Position numbers and translations under genes: made by a program. From Mobula hypostoma (Eukaryota), in NCBI RefSeq assembly GCF_963921235.1, contig NC_086111.1, positions 11,780,001 to 11,844,000 on the forward strand: 64,000 nucleotides of DNA, read 5' to 3'. The notes under the pieces were generated by a model that ran no database searches, was not told the origin of the DNA, and worked only from the letters and a program-made list of their open reading frames with translations. This document shows positions 40,245 through 54,304 of the stretch, one piece after another; position 1 is the first letter of the stretch; each line of letters begins with the position of its first letter.

Positions 40245-41780
40245 ATAGAAACATAGAAAATAGATGCAGTAGTAGGCCATTCGGCCCTTCGAGCCTGCAA
40301 CGCCATTCAGTATGATCATGGCCGATCATCCAACTCAGAACCCTGTACCAGCCTTCCCCCCATACCCCCTGACCCCCGTAGCCACAAGGGCTATATCTAA
40401 CTCCCTCTTAAATATAGCCAATGAACTGGCCTCAACAGTTTCCTGTGGCAGAGAATTCCACAGATTCACTACTCTCTGTGTGAAGAAGTTTTTCCTCATC
40501 TCGGTCCTAAAAGGCTACCCCTTTATCCTCAAAATATGATCCCTCTGGACTTCTGGACTTCCCCAACATCGGGAACAATCTTCCTGCATCTAGCCTGTCC
40601 AATCCCTTTAGGATTTTATACGTTTCAATCAGATCCCCCCTCAATCTTCTAAATTCCAATGAGTATAGGCCTAGTCGATCCAGTCTTTCATCATATGAAA
40701 GTCCTGCCATCCCAGGAATCAACCTGGTGAACCTTCTTTGTACTCCCTCTATGGCAAGAATATCTTTCCTCAGATTAGGGGACCAAAACTGCACACAATA
40801 CTCCAGGTGTGGTCTCACCAAGGCCTTATACAACTGCAGTATTACCTCCCTGCTCCTGTACTCAAAACCTCTTGCTACGAATGCCAGCATACCATTCGCC
40901 TTTTTCACCGCCTGCTGTACCTGCATGCCCACTTTCAAGGACTGGTTTACAATGACACCCAGGTCTCGTTGCACCTCCCCTTTTCCTAATCGGCCACCAT
41001 TCAGATAATAAAGCAACACACATCAAAGTTGCTGGTGAATGCAGCAGGCCAAGCAGCATCTCTAGGAAGAGGTACAGTCAACATTTCAGGCTCGCAGGGT
41101 CCTGACGAAGGTTCTCGCCCCGAAACGTTGACTGTACCTCTTCCTAGAGATGCTGCCTGGCCTGCTGCGTTCACCAGCAACTTTGATGTGTGTTGCCTGA
41201 ATTTCCAGCATCTGCAGAATTCCTCGTGTTTGCATTCAGATAATAATCTGTTTTCCTGTTCTTGCCACCAAAGTGGGTAACCTCACATTTATCCACATTA
41301 AATCCACCACTCATGTGCCATGAATTTGCCCACTCACCTAACCTATCCAAGTCACCCGACATCCTCTTAGCATCCTCCTCACAGCTACCACTGCTGCCCA
41401 GCTTCGTGTCATCCACAAACTTGGAGATGCTGCATTTAATTCCCTCGTCTAAGTCATTAATATATTGTAAACAACTGGGGTCCCAGCACTGAGCCTTGTG
41501 GTACCCCACTAGTCACAGCCTACCATTCTGAAAAGGTCCCGTTTATTCCCACTCTTTGCTTCCTGTCTGCCAACCAATTCTCTATCCACATCAATACCTT
41601 ACCCCCAATACCGTGTGCTTTAAGTTTGCACACTAATCTCCTGTGTGGGACCTTGTCAAAAGCCTTCTGAAAATCCAAATATACCACATCCACTGGTTCT
41701 CCCCTATCCACTCTACTAGTTACATCCTCAAAAAATTCTATGAGATTCGTCAAACATAATTTTCCTTTCACAAATCCATG
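40245..41780 (-). mobile_element. Young 5'-truncated CR1 LINE
   Basis: RT motifs DFQKAFDKVPH, YINDL, KFVDDTK, LYKALVRPHLEYCVQFWSP. Tail atagaaacatagaaa. Interrupted at 41012-41232. Confidence 0.93.
41012..41232. mobile_element. Short fold-back Penelope-like derivative with 14-bp TSD
   Basis: Inverted arms around a plus-strand hammerhead motif (41098-41133). TSD cattcagataataa at 40998-41011 and 41233-41246. Confidence 0.9.
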
Positions 41781-43089
41781 CTTCATCCAGACTTCATTGT
41801 TTGAGGAAGCAGGCTGGTGGAGCACGACCATCGATGCAGATTTTGGGATCTTGCTGTGTCAAGTCGCTATTTCGGATTCTGGTGCCTCTGAAGTGTTCAG
41901 CTGGTCTACATGCCGGGCAGTGCGCGTACAAACCTGGTGACTGTTCTTTCCCAACTTTCTAAGTCATTTGTCCCACATCTCTGGAATACAGTTGGGGATG
42001 GACAATCTCCAGACACCTCTTGCTGTGGGAAGCGCCGGTGATCTGGCCATCTGATGTCATGACACACTCCTACGAGTCCAATTGTGGATTCCTGGGACAC
42101 ATCACAGGCTTCCAATCACATACATGTCACTGGACCAACACCTCTGACTCCAGACACTAAAACGATTTTGTGAATGGAAGCCATTTGTCATAGCTAAAGA
42201 AAAAATTGCCACTGCTGGTTCTGCTGTCACCAATTATCTAATACTCCTTAGATAATTCCTCTACAGGGCTCGCTTTCAATTCGGTTTTGTGAGTTCTGAA
42301 GCCAATGTGGGAATTATTGATGCACATGAGGTTCTCTAAACCATCCTGAATGCTCTTTCGCCACATTGAATCATGGACCAAAGTCACCAGGAGTCAGCAA
42401 GAATGTTACTATTTTCAAGGCGACATTTTTGTTTTTGTATCCTTTGCTTTCTCAGCTTTTCAAGAGTTTAGTACTGGTTACTGGTCGTGTAGACAGTAGA
42501 ACTCACTTGGCTCTCGGTGCAGGCCATATTGACCTGGAAGAGGACACTGACGTTGATCAACTGATGCTGCTAGCTAACCTGGAGGATCTTGAAGAGCTGC
42601 TTTGAAGATATGTTTCTTGTCCCTCAAAGTGCTTGGAGGTCAACCTAAGTTCAATTGGTAAGGCACCAGTATTGTTGATCCATTTATGTAGGGATATAAG
42701 ATTTTGGTGCATAGACACAAGACACAATGCAAACCACCCTGGAAAATTTTCAAAAAGAGTATTAAAAGAGCCATATTAAGACTTTATTTCCTGAAATTAG
42801 CAAATCAAATGCCAACATAAACACCTAGCTGTTGAAAGTTCACATCAGTAAGATTTTCAATAGCATCTGTTCCAGTTATGGTCACGTCCCATTACCATTT
42901 TCCCTCCTCAAAAACCAATAAACTCCTCTTATAAATATTGCTTCCCCATTAACTAATGACTATACTCCTGCCCCATTACAAATTCTCCATATTACCAAAC
43001 AACTAAAATCTCTCATCCTTAACAATGTCTTCATCTCTCCAAATTCGTGGAAAGAGACACAGAAAACAGGTACTAGTACAGATCTACAG

Positions 43090-45060
43090 AGAGCTGAATT
43101 GCCCATACCAACTGTATTTACTAATACCTGGTCTATAGCCTTTTATGCCTTTGTGATTCCAGTGCTCACCCTGATAGTATTTAAATGTCGTGAGAGTGCC
43201 TGCCTCCATGACCTCCTCAAGCAGTGCAGTCCGGGAAACAATCACCTTCTGGTGCCTATGATGCCTATCTACACAAATCACATTTGTCCTACATACCTCT
43301 ACTTTTTTCCTATCCAAGTACCTGAACTACTGCCATTTAGGGGGTAATTGTATGTGCATCCATTACCTCCTCTGCTAGCTCATTCCAGATATTCACAACC
43401 CTCTGTATGAAAAACAGATCTAATTTTAAATCTCTATCCTTAATGCTCTAATCTCTGGTTCTATACTCCCCTGTCCTGGGGGGAGAAAAAGACAACTATA
43501 TAAGCCCCATATAATTTTATAAACATTCATAAGGTCACACCCTCAATCTCCTACATTCCAGTGATATTTGAATTAACTGCTGCCCCCCCCCCTCAACTGC
43601 AAGCAACATAATGGTGAATCTCCTCTGCATTTACTTGTATTACTACCTTCCTGCAGTGTGGCAACAGAATGGTGCAGCATATTGCTAATGTTTTGTATAA
43701 TTGAAGCATAACATTTCAAATCTTTTACTCATGCCTTGGCCTTGAAGGTAGGCTTACCAATTATTGGTTGGCACCCAAAGGCCTCCGTACGTCAATGCTC
43801 CTGAGGTCTCTGTCATTAACTCAGCAAGTCTTACCAGAAGTTGAACCTGCTTAAGTTTATCACCTCACACATGTATGGATTAAATTCTATCTTCTGCCAC
43901 TCCTCCCAGCTTTCTATTCATGTCCCTTATCCTTGGACCCCTGTCTTTGCCAACTACAAGTTCACCAATTTTTGTGTCATCATCAAACCTGCTAATTAGA
44001 TTGCTGACATTCATTCATATATGTTACAAACAACAAAGTTCCCAGCACCAACCCCTACAGTACACCACTTGTTGCCAATTTCCAATCAGAGGAACACCCT
44101 TGCAACACTACCCTCCTATCACAAAGATAGTTTTGGATCCAGTTTGCCAACATGCCTACAATACCTTGTAAACTAACCGACTATGTGGGACTTTGTTAAA
44201 GCCTTTCATAAATTGTCTTTAGCAATGTTCTTAATTACCTCCTCTAAACCTCAAAAGTCAGTTTTGTGGAACATTTTCTCTCCTGCATGAAACCATGCCA
44301 AGTGAGATATATTCTCCACTGCACAAAATCATGCCAACTCCCTCTAATTAGTCCTTGCATTTCCAAGTGAATGCAAGTATTGTCCTTCAGATTCTTCTCC
44401 AATAACTTCCCTGCCACTGATGGTAATGCTCATTGGCCTGTTGTTTCTGGATTTATCCTTTATGTCTTTTTAAAACAAGGAGACAATTTTAGCTATCCTC
44501 CAATCTTTTTATCAGTCATCTGTGACTATCAAAAATGCAAAAATTTCCATCAGGGCCCAAGCAATCTTATTTCCTGCTTTCCTTAGAACATTGTGATAGA
44601 TCCTGTGAGCCTCTTGGGAGGTTCTAACATGTCCAATATTTCTACATTGCAGCCTTCCTGATACAGACATTTCCTAGAATGTCAATGCAACTCTACCTTA
44701 ACTCTCCAGCCTCCCAGTCCTTTTCCCTAGTGAAAACTGATATCCATACGTAGATTAACCCTTTCATCCCTAAGGGGATCCATTACCTCCTTAGCTACCC
44801 CCTTGCTTCATATATACTCACGAAGAATTTTAGATTTCTCATTAAACCTTCTTACTAAGGTCGCAAGGTTTTTGCCCTTGAAATTTCTTTAAGTTTTCTC
44901 CTATATTCCATATAAATCTCAAAGGAATCGTTAACTTTCAATATTTCTGGCATTATCTTCCTTCTTCCCCCTTATCAAACCATTACCAAGGTTTCCTAAA
45001 CTTAACATTCTTGCCTCTTACCATCACAGGCTGACTCTGAACTCTTATGAAATTGAGTTC
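43090..45060 (-). mobile_element. Old degraded CR1
   Basis: Reverse-complement CR1 ORF2 remnants, for example the KFxDDTK region near 43970-43990. Boundaries approximate. Confidence 0.6.
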
Positions 45061-46139
45061 AAGCACCTCACACATATTAGATGCTTCAAAGTTCAAAGTA
45101 AATTCATTATCAAAATAAATACACTCAATAAATCCATAATAGAATAATAACCATAACAGAATCAATGAAAGACCTCACCAACTTAGGCATTCAACCAGTG
45201 TGCAAAAGACAGCAAACTGTGCAAATACAAAATAAAGAAATAGTAACAATAAATAAATAAACAATAAATATCAAGAACATGAGATGGAGTGTCCTTGAAA
45301 GTGTGTCCATTGGTTGTGGAAACATTTCAATGATGGTGCAAGTGAAGTTGAGTGAAGTTATCCTGACTGGATCAAGAACCTGATCATTGAGGGCAGTAAC
45401 TGCTCCTGAATCTGGTGGTGTGAGTCCTGAGCCTCTTGTACCTTCTTCCTAATGGCAACAGTGAGAAGAGAGCATATCCTGAGTGCTGGGGGTACCTGAT
45501 GATGGATGCTGCTTTCCTGCAACAGTATTCTATGTAGTGTGCTCAATGGTGCTGTTCAATATTTCATCCCCTCTGCAGCTGCTCTGAATCTACCAGTCCC
45601 AGATCTATTTGCACTATTGAAATCCACCAGCCCCTAGTTTAGGGCCCTATCTTAAGGACCAGCCTTATCTTTTTGTAACACTTCAATCGTTTGTCTGTCC
45701 TCGTTCTGTAAGATAAGTTTAAGTACAGCCCTTTCTCTAGTTGGATTCTACATATTGCTTCAAAAAAAATCTTGAATGCATTTTACAATTTCTTCCCCAT
45801 TCTGTTCCAATAATTCCTGTTATTGGAAAATTTAACCCCCAATACTACATCCGTACTACAACGCTAGTGCTTTTACATTCTACTGCAATATGCCTACATA
45901 TCTATTCTTCCAATTCCCATTGACTATTGAGTGGCCTGTCAAAGTGTCCTCTTTGACTGGTGTGTGTTTGTGTGTAATGTGGGTTGCATAGTGGTTAACA
46001 TAACACTATTACAGCGCCAGTGATCACCAACTGGGGTTCAACTGTCTGTAACAACTTTCTACATTTTCTCCGTGACTGTGTAGATTTCCTCCAGGAACTC
46101 TCTTTTCCTCTCATATTCCCATGTATAATATGAAATAAA

Positions 46140-49100
46140 GTAAATGAATTTGTAGCACAGTTAGAGACTGGCAGATATGATGTTGGGGCCATTACTGAGT
46201 TGTGGCTGAAAGGAGATCGTAGTTGGGAGCTTAACATCCAAGGATAAACCTTGTATTGAAAGGGGAGGCAGTTATGCAGAGGAGGAGGGGTGGATCTGTT
46301 GGTAAAAAATGGAGTCTAATCCTCACAGAGGTGACATAGGATTGGAAGATGTCGAATCCTTGTGGGTAGAGTTAAAAAACTGCAAGCGTATAAAGTCTGA
46401 TGGGAATTACATACAAGCCCCCAAACAGTAGACAGGGTGTGGAATATAAATTTCAATGGGAAATAAAAATGGCATGTGATCAGAGCAATCACAAACCAGA
46501 GAACATCTGCTGATGCTGGAAATCCAAGTGACACACACAAAGTGCTGGAGAACCTCAGCAGGCCCAGCAGCATCTATGGAAAGAAGTACAGTCGATATTT
46601 CGGACCGAGACCCTTCAGCAGGACTGGCTGGCTAAGGAAAGATGGGGTAGATCCTGCTGAAGGGTCTCGACCATAAGGCATAGGAGCAGAATTAGGCCAT
46701 ACAGTCCATCGAGTCTGTTCCGCCATTCCATCATGACTGATCCTGGATCCTACTCAACCCCATACACCTGCCTTCTGGCCATATCCTTTGATGCCCTGAC
46801 CAATCAGGAAAGATTGGGAAAACCAGGTTGGTGCTGGATCTCAAGAGAGGGAATTTGTAGAAAGCCTACAAGGTAACTTTTTAGAGTAGCGTGTGGTTGA
46901 GCCCACTAAGGGAAGATAATTCCGGATTAGATGTTATGTAATGAATAGGGATCTTAGGGTACAGGATCCCCTAGGAGCCAGTGATCATAATATGATAGAA
47001 CTTACCCTGCAGTTTGAGAGAAATAAGCTAAAGTGAGATGCATCAGTATTACAGTGGAGTAAAGGGAATGACGGGCATGAGAGGGGAGCTGGCCAAAGTT
47101 GGGTGTGAGGGGAGACCATCGGGGATGATGGCAGAACAGCAATGACTAGGGTTTCTAGAGGCAATTTGGAAGCTGCAGGATGGATACATCCTAAAAATGA
47201 AGAAATATTCTAAAGAGAGGATGAGGAGACCATGGCTGACAAAGGAAACCAAGGACAGCATAAAAGCAAAAGAGAGGGCATATAATATAGCAAAAATTAG
47301 TACAGCGTTAGAGGATTTGGGAAGCTTTTAAAAACCAACAGGAGGCAACTAAAAAAGACATAAAGATAGAAAAGATGAAGTATGAAGGTAAGCTAGCCAA
47401 TGATATCAAAGAGGATCCCAGAAGTTTTATCAGATATATAAAGAGTAAAAGAGAGGTAAGAGTGGATATTGGCCTGCTGGAAAATAACACTGGTAGTAAT
47501 AGGTGACAAAAGAAATGGTGGATGAACTTAATGATTATTTTGCATCAGTCTTCACTGTGGAAGACACTAGCAGTATGCCAGAAATTTGGGAGTGTCACGG
47601 CAGAACTGAGTGTTTTTGTGATGATTTTAGGCTACGTCCACACTAGACTGGATAAATCCGTAACCAAAACTTTTTCTCTTCGTTTTGACTCTCCGTCCAC
47701 ACTGAAACGGTGTTTTCCTCCCCTGAAAACAAAGCTTTTCTAAAATGCTCTCCGGAGTGTGTAAATCTGAAAACGCTGGTTGGGCAGCATAGTGTTGTAC
47801 GAGGTAACTGGAGCTTTTTAAAAATGCTGTCATGACATTCCGGCAGCGCAGCATTTCATTGTTTTCTTGAACGCAATGTCCAACACCACAACAATAACTG
47901 ACAATAGATGTGTAACAGCCTAATGTAACATTGTATGGAAATACAAGATAACACTGTTGCAGACGTGTTTTATACATTTAACAAGGTGTATTGCTTGTGC
48001 AAACATTCAATAGGTGCAATTGTCAATACTTGCAAAATGTCATTTTTAATTAGGAGCTTATGTTTCGCATAGACGTGAAAATGTTAAGGCCAAAAAAGCA
48101 AAATTGTAAGCTTCACTTTTACTCAGGTAAAAATAAAATCACTTTTGCCCAGTAACTCGTTTTATTGCACATGTTAAATACAGCAAAATAATACTGAAAG
48201 ACATGGCAAAAGTAAAGGCAAACAAATGAGGTAACAGCAAATGTCACTTTTGTCCAGTAACAAGCCTTATTGCATTTAGTTGCAGCTGTCGTCCCTTTCA
48301 TCGGTGAAGAGACTATGGCTGTAGGAAATGTTTCCAGGGTGACCCCTCTGTGGGAGTGGGGAAGATATTGGTGGGGCCACCCGGGGGTCTGTGTGTCCGT
48401 ATGTGTAGCTATTGTAGTGGCTGTGAGGCTGGTATTGTGGCAGGGAGAAGTACTGGGGGGAGCCATCATATTCCTCATCATTGCAAATCCCTCTGCAACA
48501 GAGTTAGTCAGTTTTTCAATGTTCGTCGTCAGCCAGGTCATACTGTCCATAAACTCCCTGTCGGTTGCCTCCATATGCTCCAGTATTTTTTTTTAGTTTT
48601 AAGTCCTCCTGCACGAGACCCAACAGCTGTCCGTCGTTTGGCAATTTCCTTTTAAGTTTTTCTAGTCTGTAACTGGAAAACACACACCAACTATACAGTT
48701 TCCTCTTTACTTGTTTTCTATAGATGTGTCCTGCGCATGCCCAGTAGCAGATTTGCCCAAATACCCATTTTAATGTGGACGGAGGTATTTTCAAAAACGT
48801 CTGGTGTGGACGCCTATTGTTTTTAAGTGAAACCGGCATTTTCAAAATTATCCAGTCTAGTGTGGATGTAGCCGAAGGAGAAGGTGCTTGGGAAGCTGAA
48901 AGGTCTGAAGGTAGATACATCATCTGGATCAGATAGACTATACCCTAGGGTTCTGAAAAAGGCATTAGTAATTATCTTTCAAGAATCACTAGATTCTGGT
49001 ATGGTTCTGGAGGACTGCACAATTCCACTCTTTGAGAAAAGAGGGAGACAGTAGAAAAGAAATTATAGGCCAGTTGGCTTGACTTCAGTGGTTAGGAAGA

Positions 49101-50400
49101 TGTTGGAATCCATTATTAAGGATGAGGTTTTGGGGTAGTTGGAAGTGCAGAATGAAGTAGGCCAAAATTTCCTACGGGGAAATCTTGCCTGATAAATCTG
49201 TTGGAATTCTTTGAGGAAATAATAGTTGGAGTAGACAAAGGAGAGTCAGTGAATGTTGCTTATTTGGATTTTCAGAAGGCCTTTGACAAGGTGCCACACA
49301 TGAGGCTACTTTTCAAGGTAAGTATTGTAGTTAAGATACTAGCATGGATAGAAGATTGCCTGACTGGCATGAAGCAAAGAATGGGAATAAAGGAGGCCTA
49401 GTCTGGTTGGCTGCCAGTGACTAGTGGTGTTCCGCTGGAGAAGATATTGGGACTGCTTCTTTTTAATGTTGTATATGAACAATTTAGATGAAGGAATTGA
49501 TGGCTTTGTTGTCAAGTTTGCAGACAATACAAAGGTAGTGGAGGGGCAGGTAGTGTTGAGGAAGCAGGGATTCTGCAGAAGGTCTTGGACAGATTATGAA
49601 AATGGGCAAAGAAGTGACAGATGGAATACAGTGTAGGCAAGTATACTGTCATGCAGTTTGGTAGAAGGAATAAAGGCATAGACTATTTTCTAAATGCAGA
49701 GAAAAATCAAAAAACAGAGGTGGAAAGGGACTTGGGAGTCCTTGTGCAGGATTCCCTGAAGGCTAACTTGCAGGTTGAGTCAGTGGTAAGGAAGGCAAAT
49801 GCAATGTTAGCATTCATTTTGCAAGGACTAGCATATAAGTGGAAGTATGTGATGCTGAGACCACATTTGGTGAATTCTGAGCAATCTTGGGCCCCTTATC
49901 TCGGAAAATATGTGCTGGTATTGGAGAGGATCCAGAGGAGGTTAATGAGAATGACTCAGTGAATGAAAGGGTTAATGTGTGAGGATGGTTTGATGGCTCT
50001 GGGCTTGTACTCACTGGTGTTTAAAAGAATCGGGGGTGGGGGGATCTCACTGATACATCTTGAATATTGAAAGGCCTATATGAATGGATGTTGAGATGTT
50101 TCCTGTCGTGTGTGAGTCTAGGACCAGAGGGCACAGCCATAGAATAGAGGGATGTACATTTAGACCAGAGATGAGACGGAATTGCTTTAGCCAGAGAGTG
50201 GTGAATCTGTGGAATTCATTGCCACGGACGGCTGTCGAGGCCAAGTCATTGCGTATATTTAAAGCAGAGGCTGATTGGTTCTTGATTAGTCAGAATGTCG
50301 AAGATTGCGATGAGAAGACAAGAGAATGGGGTTGAGAGGGATAATGAATCAACCATGTTGGAATGGCAGAGCAGATTCAGACTAATTCTGCTCCTATGTC
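46140..50400 (+). mobile_element. Long degraded CR1 ORF2 with nested insertions
   Basis: Endonuclease remnant at ~46170, DFQKAFDKVPH (49201 ORF), KFADNTK, FSQRVVNLWNSLP. Interrupted by a Penelope tail (~46495-46672) and a Harbinger element. Confidence 0.85.
47630..48873 (-). mobile_element. PIF/Harbinger-type non-autonomous DNA transposon
   Basis: 26-bp TIRs ggctac(g/a)tccacactagactggataa. Left flank TTA, right flank GAA (imperfect 3-bp TSD). Internal helical coding remnant. Confidence 0.8.
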
Positions 50401-50999
50401 TCATGATAAATCTGCACCAACCATCAAGTTCAAGTACAAATATTATTTAACCATACATGATGAGCAGAGTGGCCTAATTTTGCACATATATCTTATGGTC
50501 TTATTCCAAAGATGTATGGTTTGCTATGTTGACACCAAAAGGGTGGCGACACTTGCGGGCTGCATAGCACAATCCCCATTGATTTGATTTGATGCAAAAA
50601 AATGCACTCACTGTATATTTTGACGTCTCTTTGTAGACGTTCATAGTTCAAAGTAAAATTTCTTGTCAGAGTATATGTCATCACGTACAACTGAGATTCT
50701 TTTTCCATGGACAGACTTAGCAAAACTATAGAAAATAACTGTAAATAGGATCTGTAAACAATAAACAGTAAACAAATTGAAGTCCTTCCCTCTCCAGTAG
50801 CAGAACTCTACACTATGGTCTTCACCACTGAGCCCTTACAATGGCTAGGTGGGTAACGTAAATGGTGGAAACATACATAATTCACAACCACTGCCATTGA
50901 GTTGGAGTTTCACTTTAAGAGGCTGTTCTGACTTGATGTAATTTTGTAAAAAGGTTTTAGGTCACAATAAATGAGTTACTACGGTTTTTCTGAAACATG

Positions 51000-52130
51000 A
51001 ATTACCTCCTGTTTTATTTGCAAAAATCTACAGCTGCACCAAGTTTCAGTGCGTCCCTCAACATGCCCCTTCAGCTTGCAGTGTGCCAGTTGGTAGAACT
51101 CCTGACATGCTGGCAGACCAAAGGGCATGTCAACTGAATTGATGTGTATGTCCCCAGGAACAGCCCGTAGATCAAGAGCCCTTTTTCATGCAACTATTCA
51201 GAATGAACCATGACACAGGCATTTTCATCTTTGTCCATACTCTTTTATCAAACCTAAAATCTGCAAAGAGGTGACCTACCATCTCTTCCCCACTACCGTC
51301 ATCCCGTGAGCAGCGTGCTGTGGGAGTGGTGCTTTGGGTATGCATGATCTGACTGGAAGGGCCCCTTTCATCGACAGCAAGGCAAGGTCTCAGTGCCTGC
51401 TGATGAAGCATTTTGCCAGATGGCCCAGTCTGCTCAGGAAACTACCCCAAAGTGTTCATTGAGTCCTTCTGCAGTGTTTGCAGGATGTTCTGCACTGACC
51501 ACTGGCTGATTGAAGGTGTTGGTATTTAAGGTTGATTCCCTGAAGAACAGGTACTGTCCAGCTGACTCTGACATTGTATGGCAATGGGGCCAGACCCAGC
51601 CTTCGCAACACTCTGGACAGATAGAGCCTCGGCATGTAGTGGTGGTTAAGCTTCATGCACAGCCTGATGCAACCATCCATGGAAGTAGTCATTAGGGCAA
51701 GGGCAACATTGGATAAGTCTTTGCCCCTGTTGTCCAGGAACTTGTGCGTTGTGATCCATCTGATCTGTTCCATCTTGGATCCTAGATAAACTGAAGACAG
51801 GGGTGAGTGCGCAACCCTGCCCGACTCTATACTTGATATGAAAGGTGTTTCCCACCCATTGATTTGGACTGCACTACTGGTCTGTGTAGAGCAATTGGAT
51901 TCAAAAGCCCATTTTACAGTACGTCCACCACGTATGTGTGTGATAGCCTGTCAAAGCCTTTCTTCTGGTCCAGGTAGGCACCCATCTCCTGTCCTGCATG
52001 TAGGTGATGGTATCCTTCTCATTAACTGTCAAAGATCTTCCTGCCAAGTACAGCACACGTTTGATCCAAATGGATCACCTGTCCCAGAATAAATTTGACA
52101 TTTGCAAACCTTGGACTAGATCTTGTAATC
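51000..52130 (-). mobile_element. Tx1/L1-type LINE remnant
   Basis: RVGQGCALTP (RT motif) and a degenerate zinc knuckle C...EEMVGHLFAD. Confidence 0.6.
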
Positions 52131-53344
52131 TGCACAACAGTGAAACACCCTTCACCTTTTTTACTTTTTCTTTATAATTTCTAAAGCATCAAAACCTTGG
52201 AACATTGAGCAAATGGCCACAATGTACTAATCTCATCATACTTAGCTTTAACATCCCAAAGCACTAAAATCGGTACACTTCAACCAGTCTGTCACATTGT
52301 GTTCTTTTAAGTTTGTTCTCACGGAACAGACTTGCTGGCCATGACATCCACTTTCCTTAAATCCCTATATATTCTGTCCAGGTGCTTTGGCTCCCATCCC
52401 TCTGCAAACTAGTTCCAACCCTCTGAGTAGCATAAGTGAACTTCTCAGCCAGGATAGTTCCACCCCAGGTAAGGTGCATCTTGTCCCTCTTACTGGTGAT
52501 GTTGGATTCTGAACCGGACAAAACATTCTGCAAGAACTTGGCCAATTTAGCAGAGAATAACAATTATATAAAGCATGGAACAATACAGGCCCTTCACCCC
52601 ATAATGTTGTGTCATCCTTTTAACCAAATCCAAGAGCAATCTATCCTTTTCCTCCCACATGGCCCATAAACCTCCATTTTTCTTTCGCCCGTGTGCCAAC
52701 TTTATTGAGCTGCACCAGAATTGGGCTCCAAACTCTGAAATATCCTGAACCATAAACACAACTGTCATATTGCCTCTCATCGTCCTTTACTCAGCCTATC
52801 CTCATACGAGATTCGTTCTCTAATCTAGACAGCATCTAAATCCCCTGACTAATGAAGGCCTTCACACCATATGCAATACATACAAAATGCTGGAGGAACT
52901 CAGTAGGCCAGGTAGCATCTATGGAAAGGAATAAACAGTCAACATCTCAGGCCGAGTCCCTTCACCAGGAGTGGGGACCTGGGATATATTCTATCTGGCC
53001 ATGGAAACTTTTCAGACGCTCCAACACTATCTCTTTCTTACCCTTGACATGCTCCAGCACAGTAACACACAAAATGCTGGAGAAATTCGGGATAGGTAGC
53101 ATCTATAGAGAGGAATAAACAGTCAACGTTTTGGGCTGAGATCCTTTATTAGGGTCTCAGATTAATCAGCCTTCACTGAGAGTTGGCTCCCAAGGTAAAT
53201 GTTCCCCAGAGTCCTCCTTTGTCAAGTTAGTACTGGCATGCAGCAGTAGCAGGGCTTTGGTCTTAAAAATCTCAAAAACAGGTTTGTTATTACTGACATA
53301 GAGTATACCACAAAAATTGTTTTATGGCAGCAGTACTTCTGTGT

Positions 53345-54065
53345 AATCCTGCTCTCATGACTCTACCCCTTCCCCACACGAAACCACCACAGTGGGCTTC
53401 ACAGCTGAACAGGTGAGAAGATAGCTGAAATGTCTCAACCCAAGCAAGGCTGCAGGACTGGATGGTGTCAATACCAGGATGCTCAAAGCCTGTGCCCCTC
53501 AGCTATGTGGAGTACTTCGCCATGTCTTCAACCTGAGCCTGAGGCTCCAGAGGGTTTCTGTGCTGTGGAAGACGTCCTGCCTCGTCCCTGTGCCGAAGAC
53601 GCCGCACCCCAGCGGCCTCAATGACTACAGACCGGTTGCATTGACCTCCCACATCATGAAGACCCTGGAGCTGCTCCAGCCTATGGTTAGGCCACACTTA
53701 GATCCCCTCCAGTTCGCCTACCAGCCCCGACTAGGAGTTGAGGGTGACTTCTCCAGTGTGTTCAACACCAACCACCCTGCTCTGCTGGGGGAGAAGCTGA
53801 CAGCGATGCAGGTGGATGCTTTCCTGGCGTTATGGATTCTTGATTACCTGACTGGTAGACCACAGTACGTGTGTTTGCAACAATGTGTGTCTGACAGAGT
53901 CATCAGCAGCACTGGGGCTCCACAGAGGACTGTCTTGTCTCCCTTTCTCTTCACCATTTAGACCTCGGACTTCAACTACTGCACAGAGTCCTGTCATCTT
54001 CATAAGTTTTCTGATGACTGTAACAAAAACCAATTTCCCCTGGGATCAATAAAGTATGACTATGA
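53345..54065 (+). mobile_element. Rex1/Babar LINE RT fragment
   Basis: LKACAPQLCGVLRHVFNLSL...VPVPKTPHPSGLNDYRPVALTSHIMKTLE...GAPQRTVLSPFLFT. Confidence 0.9.
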
Positions 54066-54304
54066 CTACGAAATAGAAAATACTGCAGACTACAATAAAT
54101 GTTCATAAATCATTTACTAATCAAATTTCTGGAAAAGCTTCTTTGCTGCTGTTGTTACTGCACGGTTGGGAATCTTTCCGAAGGTAGGCCTCAAAATCCC
54201 CAGCTTTGCCTGCTGTTGGCGACCGAGAAGGATGTCGAATCGTTCGGATAGTGATGGCGCTCAGTACTCGGTGTCGGACAGCTGATCAGCGCTCCAAGTT
54301 TTCG

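Noticed and set aside
41780-42700. Possible LTR/Gypsy fragments
   Set aside because: No motif clear enough to classify.
46590-46625. Further hammerhead-like copies (also ~13005, ~13570, ~52940, ~53125)
   Set aside because: Core nucleotides are altered (for example CTGCTGA, or loss of GAAA), so they are counted as decayed Penelope tails rather than functional ribozymes.
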